This document shows, piece after piece, positions 9,451 to 16,037 of a stretch of DNA of 64,000 nucleotides (positions are counted from its first letter, which is position 1; the number at the start of each line of letters is the position of its first letter). Below the pieces are notes generated by a model. That model saw only the letters and a list, made by a program, of their open reading frames with translations. It was not told the origin of the DNA and searched no databases. The stretch is from IMG/VR virus record IMGVR_UViG_3300025133_000044, positions 39,524 to 103,523 of that record; one strand, given 5' to 3'. The stretch comes from a virus. The position numbers were made by a program, and so were the translations under genes.

Positions 9451-9934
9451 CAAAAAGGCCCTCTCTAGACTTGATACATTCTGCAGATATTTCAATTCTT
9501 CTATCTGCTTGCCCAAATAATTCTTTTGGTTCTTCTAATTTAACTATCTCATAGTAATTCTCGCCATAAGCAAGAAAATCACCTTCACGTACAAAAAGAT
9601 CCTGATCTTCTGTTAATCGTCTTTTATGGAAATGAACAGTTATTTTAACAGTTTTATCTATACCGTATTTATCAGTTTGAGTTGTTTGGCCTTTAAATTC
9701 AACCAAAGCGTAAACCCTAACAGGGGGCAAAAAAGTTTTAACAATTGCTTCGTTGTATAATGAGTGAAAATTTGTATGTTCTAAGTCTATTGGATAGTAT
9801 GCAATTTGTTGTCCAATCACTCTTTCGATTAATTCATCGTTGACCTGCTTAACCAAATCTCGCTCTTTTTCACCAAGGAAAAGAGGAGGTGGAGGAGCTG
9901 CTGGCTGTGTCCATTTATTTTTCTCACTTGCCAT
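9440..9934 (-). CDS. Head closure / neck protein (gp14-like)
   Basis: ELIERVIGQQIAYY, LYNEA, EGDF.AY...YYEI motifs; lies between gp13-like and gp15-like genes. Confidence 0.7.
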   Translation of the reverse strand: MASEKNKWTQPAAPPPPLFLGEKERDLVKQVNDELIERVIGQQIAYYPIDLEHTNFHSLYNEAIVKTFLPPVRVYALVEFKGQTTQTDKYGIDKTVKITVHFHKRRLTEDQDLFVREGDFLAYGENYYEIVKLEEPKELFGQADRRIEISAECIKSREGLFDGT

Positions 9935-9941
9935 TTAAATT

Positions 9942-11237
9942 TTACCCCTGATAGACAGAATATGGGTAGGTACGTACAAGCTCCTGAGTTTGTTTCGCCA
10001 TATTAGTTTGAGTTGTCGTGATTTTCTCGTATGTTAGTTCATCTAACACTTTTTGCAGTTCTTCTCTTAGTTCCTTTTGTTCTGCTTTGGCCTCTGTGAT
10101 CATTGCTGTTCCGTTAAGAGTCACTGAAGCGCCGGGAATGGGGATTGTGGCGAACTTACTACGAATCTGCCCAAGAACCTCCTTGCACAGGGCTATAGTA
10201 AACCTTCTAATCCACTGCTTTCCTATGCTGTTGATATTTTTATAGGATATATTCGCAAAAGGCAAAGTATTCATGTTGTTGATACCAGCCAAGCCGTCTT
10301 TGCGATCGTCTTGCTCCTCCCAAGGGTCTTCGTTGACTGTGAATTCAAACCAAATTGACCGAGGGCTGGTGCTGGTTGGGATCGGGAATATTCTTAATTT
10401 ATTATTTTTAATTTCATAAGAATAATGAGAATTTCGTGTATAAATTGCATCTTCATATGTTATTGCTTGCAACTTGTTTTGCCATGGCGGAATTACTTCA
10501 AAAGTAGAATCATCGGCAAACATGCCATAAGTTGACATGTTTCCTACTGCGTTTAAGCCACCATAATAACCATAGAATCTCCACATTGCGTGTGGGGTCT
10601 TGAAATAGACTCTTCTTATGATGACACGCTTATTGTTGATTTTATTGTAATAATTGTATTCAGGCGACAAAGAATTAGTTTGAATCTCTTGCTGCAAATC
10701 GTAATCTTGCTTAAGTCTGGTCGTGCCAATCGACCCTGAATATACAGTAGCAGTTCCACCAAGTCCCGTTTCCTGGATCGTATTGTCCATAATCTTTTTT
10801 GAATAACCTAGCTTATATTTAGGATACTTTAGTTCAACGTTGCTTCCACTCAGTGAATCAGTTCTTTGCCCATCTTGATCAAAAGTACCAGTTGTGTGGC
10901 CAAGAGAACTATGTAAGATATTTTTAGCCTGATGAATATTAACAATATAAGAATATTCTAGTATTGCTTCTTCATAAGCAGCATACACGTTCTTTTCTGT
11001 CAGCTCAATATCAAGTACATCGCCGCCGAGCTTTCTATAAGTAAAGTTTACCTGCTCAATAGCACCAGTGATGAAATTAACGTCATAAAGCTCATTTGAT
11101 GTACCATCAGCCTTCGTCTCGCTGGCGTATAAACCATATGGATAGTTTGTTGAGACACTAGCTACGGAAAACGTGCCGGTCTGCGGTAATACAACAGTTG
11201 AAGTCTGTGAACTGGGTGTGAGTGTCGGCGTCGCCAT
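9942..11237 (-). CDS. Neck protein (gp13-like head-tail adaptor)
   Basis: YRKLGGDVLDIELT..NV.A..EEA; WIRRF..AL.KE.LGQIRSKF..IPIPG..VTLNG. Confidence 0.8.
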   Translation of the reverse strand: MATPTLTPSSQTSTVVLPQTGTFSVASVSTNYPYGLYASETKADGTSNELYDVNFITGAIEQVNFTYRKLGGDVLDIELTEKNVYAAYEEAILEYSYIVNIHQAKNILHSSLGHTTGTFDQDGQRTDSLSGSNVELKYPKYKLGYSKKIMDNTIQETGLGGTATVYSGSIGTTRLKQDYDLQQEIQTNSLSPEYNYYNKINNKRVIIRRVYFKTPHAMWRFYGYYGGLNAVGNMSTYGMFADDSTFEVIPPWQNKLQAITYEDAIYTRNSHYSYEIKNNKLRIFPIPTSTSPRSIWFEFTVNEDPWEEQDDRKDGLAGINNMNTLPFANISYKNINSIGKQWIRRFTIALCKEVLGQIRSKFATIPIPGASVTLNGTAMITEAKAEQKELREELQKVLDELTYEKITTTQTNMAKQTQELVRTYPYSVYQG

Positions 11238-11282
11238 TCATTAGTGCCTCCTATACAATGTAATTAGTTAGGAGAGACTTAA

Positions 11283-11696
11283 TTAGCCCTCAGAGGTTTT
11301 CTTCGTTGCTTTTTTTGGAGTAGTTTTTCTTTTTGCAAAAACGCTCTTCTTTTTCTTCTTTGTTTTCGCAGGAGCCTTTGCAGCTTTTTTTACTTCTGGT
11401 TTTGGAGCCACAACTTCAGCTGCGGCCTCTGAAGCTTTTTCAGCAACTTCTTTTACTTCCTCTACTACTGTCATAACAACTTCTTTTACTTCTTCTGCTG
11501 CTATTGTGACAACTGCTTCAACTAATTCTTCTTTTGCCTGTTTGATTTGCACAGCTTCTTGTTCTGTGACCACGCTATCGGCTTCTGCTTCCTCGATTAC
11601 CTCGCGCAATTTAGTTACAGCCTTGGTGTAAGGATGGGAAGCATATTTTTTCCCATATTTTTGAGGATATCTTCTAATTCTTGCTTTTTTACCCAT
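11283..11696 (-). CDS. Small protein with acidic middle and Lys/Ala-rich histone-H1-like tail
   Basis: C-terminus KKAAKAPAKTKKKKKSVFAKRKTTPKKATKK; AAGGAGG SD; late motif at 11721-11728. Confidence 0.7.
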   Translation of the reverse strand: MGKKARIRRYPQKYGKKYASHPYTKAVTKLREVIEEAEADSVVTEQEAVQIKQAKEELVEAVVTIAAEEVKEVVMTVVEEVKEVAEKASEAAAEVVAPKPEVKKAAKAPAKTKKKKKSVFAKRKTTPKKATKKTSEG

Positions 11697-11809
11697 TGTG
11701 GGCCTCCTTGTTCTACCTAGTAAATAGTTATTTAAAAAATGAAAATCTCAAAAATTGGTCATGCGATTTTTTTGGCATATCGACATTCTTAACCTTGAAT
11801 ATATATAGC

Positions 11810-11844
11810 AAAAAACCCCTTGTCTGTAAAAGAGCAAGGGGTTT
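11810..11844 (-). terminator. Rho-independent terminator
   Basis: AAACCCCTTG...CAAGGGGTTT stem followed by a T run on the minus strand, after the 161-aa gene. Confidence 0.85.
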
Positions 11845-11876
11845 AATACTTTTGATTTATGACTTATTAGTCACAT

Positions 11877-12362
11877 CTATACCGCGGTAGCGTTTGGAGT
11901 CACAGCACCAGTGGCTTTGTTGCCCTCAGTGAGTACGCCACTGACATACCAGTCTGTTCCATCAGAGATACACTCAAGATAATCACCAGCGCTTACTGCG
12001 CCTTCTGATGAATCAAGAATGAGTCTAGAAATACTAGTGCCAGCATGTTCAATAGCAGCAGGGAAACCGCCTATCTCTACTGCACCAGAGTTACCAGTGA
12101 CAAGAGGTCCTTGAATGTCACATGCAGAATCGTGTGTCGTCAAGGTAAAATCATTTGTAGCTTCTCCATGTGCCGCGACAGCAATGATAAATTTAAAATA
12201 CATTCCTGCCCTAGGGGTTGGCAATGTGACAACAACCGAACTGGATGAAATATCAATGAAGTATACTTCTCCGGTCTCTGCATCACCAATTGTTTTATCG
12301 GCAGAGACGGTTTCGACTCTCATGAGCGATGAATTTCTTGATGCTCTTCCTACTTTAGCCAT
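11877..12362 (-). CDS. Putative capsid decoration / minor virion protein
   Basis: VVVTLP...AGMYFKFI ... GDYLECISDGTDWYVSG beta-rich motif; near the MCP gene; AGGAG SD; late motif at 12410-12417. Confidence 0.6.
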   Translation of the reverse strand: MAKVGRASRNSSLMRVETVSADKTIGDAETGEVYFIDISSSSVVVTLPTPRAGMYFKFIIAVAAHGEATNDFTLTTHDSACDIQGPLVTGNSGAVEIGGFPAAIEHAGTSISRLILDSSEGAVSAGDYLECISDGTDWYVSGVLTEGNKATGAVTPNATAV

Positions 12363-12441
12363 GTTTGTTTTCTCCTTTTAAAAAAGGCTTTCTGCCTTAT
12401 CAATCATTATAAATAGTAATGTGTTTGCTTAAATGTCTAAA

Positions 12442-12642
12442 TTATTCTGATTCTTCTTCGACGGCTTCTTCAACATCTGTCCCTTCTTCCGGCGGTGGTG
12501 CAGGGGGAACGAAATGGTTAACTGCTTGGGATACCAAAGAGGCCTCATTAAGATTAAAGGCTCCTCGCTGTTGAGCCAATTGAGCAGCCTGAATTAACAT
12601 ATGTACTGCTTGCTGCTGTGTTTCTACAGTTTCTTGTGACAT
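12442..12642 (-). CDS. Small hypothetical protein (AQQRGAF motif) with its own sigma70-type promoter
   Basis: AAGGAG SD; QAVHMLIQAAQLAQQRGAFNLNEA helix and an acidic tail. Confidence 0.75.
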   Translation of the reverse strand: MSQETVETQQQAVHMLIQAAQLAQQRGAFNLNEASLVSQAVNHFVPPAPPPEEGTDVEEAVEEESE

Positions 12643-12674
12643 GGTAAACTCCTTTTTCTATGTCAGATATTATA

Positions 12675-12703
12675 ATTATAACAATCTTAAATTTTAATGT
12701 TAA
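12675..12703 (-). promoter_or_regulatory. sigma70-type promoter (TTAACA-17-TATAAT, extended TGn)
   Basis: Minus strand reads TTAACA TTAAAATTTAAGATTGT TATAAT, directly after the MCP terminator. Confidence 0.75.
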
Positions 12704-12715
12704 GTTTTATTTAAT

Positions 12716-12750
12716 AAAAAAACCCGCCAAGAGAAAACTCAAGGCGGGTT
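12716..12750 (-). terminator. Rho-independent terminator of the major capsid gene
   Basis: AACCCGCC-TTGAG-TTTT-CTCTT-GGCGGGTT followed by TTTTT. Confidence 0.9.
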
Positions 12751-12774
12751 GGTTTAGTTACCTAGTAATCAGGC

Positions 12775-14619
12775 TTAGGAGCCAGATTCACCAAGCAGGC
12801 CGCGAACAACGACAAGACCATACATATCAGGTCGAACCATCTGTTTCGCATACCGAGTCATCACGCCCTTACGGGGTACGAAGTCTTCGGTACCAAAGAT
12901 GGTCGGAGTGACCTGTAGCGGTACGTATGGAGCGTAGACATAGCCACTTTCCAAGAAACTTGAACCGTTACGACCGACAAGAAGGACGTTACGCGGGAAA
13001 TAGGGGTCCACGTAGACATCAAACTTGCGGCTGAGGCTGCCAGCGTTAACTGCGCCGATAGTGCCACGATCATCATCATGAGTAACGTTCGCACGGAACC
13101 CTGAGGTGAACTCAAGGATGTTAGCAACTTCAGGTGAACACACCACGAAGTTAGCTCCGCCACGAAGCGTCTTACGATGAATCTGAGCAGACACGTCGTT
13201 AATGGTCTCGACAAGAGTCTCGTACCATTCACTTACCGTACCAGTGAAATCAGGAGCAGCTGCAGTAGCACCTAGCTCTGCACCGGTTTCGCGGTTAACG
13301 AAAAGGCCCGGTGAGCGAGCCCAGTAGTAACGAGCAGCAGTGCCACCCTGAACCAGAGCACCTAGGATTTCACGATCGATTTCAAGGGCGATCTGCTCAG
13401 AAAGAATCTGAGTTAGTTCGACCTCTGCATCGAGGTTGTGATAGGCGTTAAGGTCCTGACCGAGTTCCGGAGTCCACTTAGCTTTGAGCTTCTTGGTAAC
13501 CGCAGTAACAGCGATACTGTCAACCCTGATGTCAATTTCAGGAATGGCACCAGTATTCTCCAAGCCCCACGGTGTACCCATTGCAACGATACCAATAGCA
13601 TCCTGTCCAGTGCCCGCATTTGGCGCGGCATTCATGTTATCGACAAGTGGGAACGTGAAGTCCATATCGGCCCCCGTAGGCATCGTGGTGCCGGCCGCGC
13701 CGGCGTTGGCCGGGTCGACCTGATCGTCCTGACCAATCCACGTAAGATACAAGGTATCCTTGACACCATCCCAAGCAGCTTCAGACGGATGGTTGGCCCA
13801 AGAGCCAAGAGTAGTTAAACGTCGAACCATAACAGCATTTACCATGTTGCCACCGCCGGTGTGCTCAATAGTTATAAGCTTATCTCGATCCAAAATTTGG
13901 CCAGATTGGCCGGCCTCCTGATTTTCAAAGTTAGATACCCGAACTCTAGCTACGACGGCTTCGTGACCAGCGCCAAGACCGAGAACATCTTCGTCCCAAC
14001 GAAGAATTCGTTTTTCAGCCTCACTGGGGTTAGTAAGATCGATGATGCCGACGTGCGTAACAAGTTGCGCAGCCGTGAGGTTCGTTACCGAACCAGTAGT
14101 CGAAGAATAACCAGTATTCAAGTTGTAGAAACCTTCATCTGGGCTATCGCCACTTACACCAACAGCGTCACCCATGGTCGCGGACGATTGGTACCCCAAC
14201 TCAACACCACCTGTGATCTCATGACCAACTTTGCCACCGCCATAGAGCGATTCATTGTCGCCCATAGTGGGCCCAGTGACAGATGCAGCAGTAAAGTCCA
14301 GGAAGAAGATGAGGCCAGACGGCAAACTCATCGGCTGGACCGAAACGAGATTATTGGCGACGAGACCGCCAAAGACACGACGAACGATCGGGAACGCTAC
14401 GGAAGCGAAACCCTCGACATCGCCTGCACTCATACTCGATGCTTCCTTAAGAAGCTGTGCAGCTTGATTTTCTAATAGACGGGCCATACCCTGCCTACTG
14501 GCATCTCCAGTAAGTCCTTCAAGAAGACCAGTACGTTCCCACTTGTCAAGTAAGGCAGCACCCTCTCTTTGAAGACTTCGCGAGGCGATACCTTCAGTTA
14601 GCTTTTGTAAAACAGACAT
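12775..14619 (-). CDS. gp23: Major capsid protein (gp23-like) with a large insertion
   Basis: KWERTGLLEGL, LLENQA, VSVQPMSLPSGLIFFLDF, KLKAKWTPELGQDLNAYH.LDAEVEL..ILSEQIALEIDREI, YAPYVPL, GVMTRY. Confidence 0.97.
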   Translation of the reverse strand: MSVLQKLTEGIASRSLQREGAALLDKWERTGLLEGLTGDASRQGMARLLENQAAQLLKEASSMSAGDVEGFASVAFPIVRRVFGGLVANNLVSVQPMSLPSGLIFFLDFTAASVTGPTMGDNESLYGGGKVGHEITGGVELGYQSSATMGDAVGVSGDSPDEGFYNLNTGYSSTTGSVTNLTAAQLVTHVGIIDLTNPSEAEKRILRWDEDVLGLGAGHEAVVARVRVSNFENQEAGQSGQILDRDKLITIEHTGGGNMVNAVMVRRLTTLGSWANHPSEAAWDGVKDTLYLTWIGQDDQVDPANAGAAGTTMPTGADMDFTFPLVDNMNAAPNAGTGQDAIGIVAMGTPWGLENTGAIPEIDIRVDSIAVTAVTKKLKAKWTPELGQDLNAYHNLDAEVELTQILSEQIALEIDREILGALVQGGTAARYYWARSPGLFVNRETGAELGATAAAPDFTGTVSEWYETLVETINDVSAQIHRKTLRGGANFVVCSPEVANILEFTSGFRANVTHDDDRGTIGAVNAGSLSRKFDVYVDPYFPRNVLLVGRNGSSFLESGYVYAPYVPLQVTPTIFGTEDFVPRKGVMTRYAKQMVRPDMYGLVVVRGLLGESGS

Positions 14620-14644
14620 TTTTTAAACCTCCTATAGTATATTA

Positions 14645-15973
14645 TTAAGTCTTATTAATTCCAGCTAGGAATTTCCAGCGATCATACACTGGTACTTTTT
14701 TCTGTCTTGCAGATTTGTTTTCTCTGCTCGACAGAATCATTGAAGAAGACTTTTCAACTGCCTCGCTCAGTGACTTAGGCTGCTTAGCATTTCTGCGAGA
14801 GGTGCTGCCCACTGTGCTTTGAAGTGTTTCAAAAATAACTTTTGCTTCTTCAATATTGTCGGCACTAGAAATAGCTTCGGCAAGCTTACGCTTTTGCCGC
14901 TCATTCAGGGAGTCGCTGTCCAATGCCTTGTTCGTGTAAAGTAGTTTTGCGTTTGTAAGAGAAGCTGCATCGAGCTTCTCTTTTAATATTACAACTGCGT
15001 CTCGTAATCTTTTAACATAATCATCTGATTTTGATAGAGACTTTGCTAGTTGTTTGTTTTTCTTTCCTAATGATTCGTTAACTTTTTCAAGTTCGCTAAC
15101 AGCCTTTCTTATGGCGTCTTTTTCTTCTCGAACTTTCGAATCTTGTTCTAAAGCCAATAATTCTTCATCAGCTAGCTCTAGTAAGGGCCCGGGCGTCCCA
15201 GCCCAGCCGCTCTTTTGGGGGTGAATATCAACTGTCAACTGTTCATAGATCTGACTATAAAGTTCTTCTTCTAGTTCCTCTTCAGAGAGGGTATCTTCCA
15301 AGAATAATTCTTCGTCTAGACCTTCCTCATAAGCATCTTCATCGTAAACAGCTTCCTCATAAAGATCTTCGTCTAAATAATCTTCGTCTAAAGATCCTTC
15401 ACCCAAATAGTCTTCGTCCAGGTAGTCTTCATCTAGACTCTGTTCTCCAAGTGCGGGGGCGCCGACGCTTGAATAATCTGCTTCGCCCCAAAGATCTTCT
15501 TCGTATAAGTCTTCTGCCATCAAATCTTCCAAAAGGCCTTCAGTAAGTTCAACTTCTTCTTTGTTTTCTGTGTCTTCATTCAACTTTTCTATTTGTTCTA
15601 GTAAGGCATCAAGAGGAATTTCAATTTCTGCGTCAATTGCGCCAAGTTTCTGAGTTGCTGCCTTGGGGATATGTTCCATAACAGAACTTTCTTCTACTTT
15701 TTCTCCCATGGCCATATCGTCAGTTGGGGCGCCTATATCCATACCAAGTCCGCCAGCAAGAGGGTCTGCTCCTGCTGCTCCTGGTGCAGGAGGGGCCCCT
15801 GCCATCATTGGATCCGCTGCAAGCGGATCAGGCATGTCTTGTTCTAGTAAAGATTCTACAGCTCCCTTGATCTGCCTTGAATATTTTTCTAAAACCATTG
15901 ATTCAGCATTTTTGACTGCAGCTTCACGAAGAGCATCCGCATCAATTATTGCTTGTTCTAACATGTTGGACAT
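14645..15973 (-). CDS. Prohead core / scaffold protein
   Basis: Very acidic coiled coil directly upstream of MCP; MLEQAI.DA..LRE.A..NA, L.NAKLLY.N; many LxE sites. Confidence 0.8.
   Translation of the reverse strand: MSNMLEQAIIDADALREAAVKNAESMVLEKYSRQIKGAVESLLEQDMPDPLAADPMMAGAPPAPGAAGADPLAGGLGMDIGAPTDDMAMGEKVEESSVMEHIPKAATQKLGAIDAEIEIPLDALLEQIEKLNEDTENKEEVELTEGLLEDLMAEDLYEEDLWGEADYSSVGAPALGEQSLDEDYLDEDYLGEGSLDEDYLDEDLYEEAVYDEDAYEEGLDEELFLEDTLSEEELEEELYSQIYEQLTVDIHPQKSGWAGTPGPLLELADEELLALEQDSKVREEKDAIRKAVSELEKVNESLGKKNKQLAKSLSKSDDYVKRLRDAVVILKEKLDAASLTNAKLLYTNKALDSDSLNERQKRKLAEAISSADNIEEAKVIFETLQSTVGSTSRRNAKQPKSLSEAVEKSSSMILSSRENKSARQKKVPVYDRWKFLAGINKT
15260..15530 (-). repeat. Degenerate 15-bp tandem repeats encoding L/Y-x-E-x-x pentapeptides
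   Basis: LDEDY LDEDY LGEGS LDEDY LDEDL YEEAV YDEDA YEEG LDEEL; tcttcgtcta recurs at 15-bp spacing around 15366-15437. Confidence 0.8.
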
Positions 15974-16037
15974 TTATTGACTCCTGATAGACTATTTGTC
16001 AAAATAAATAGTATGTTGGATATTAAAGTGACTCATT

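Noticed and set aside
11730-11805. Possible long imperfect hairpin / ncRNA between terminator and late promoter
   Set aside because: Pairing relies on A/T runs and cannot be told from chance without covariation data.
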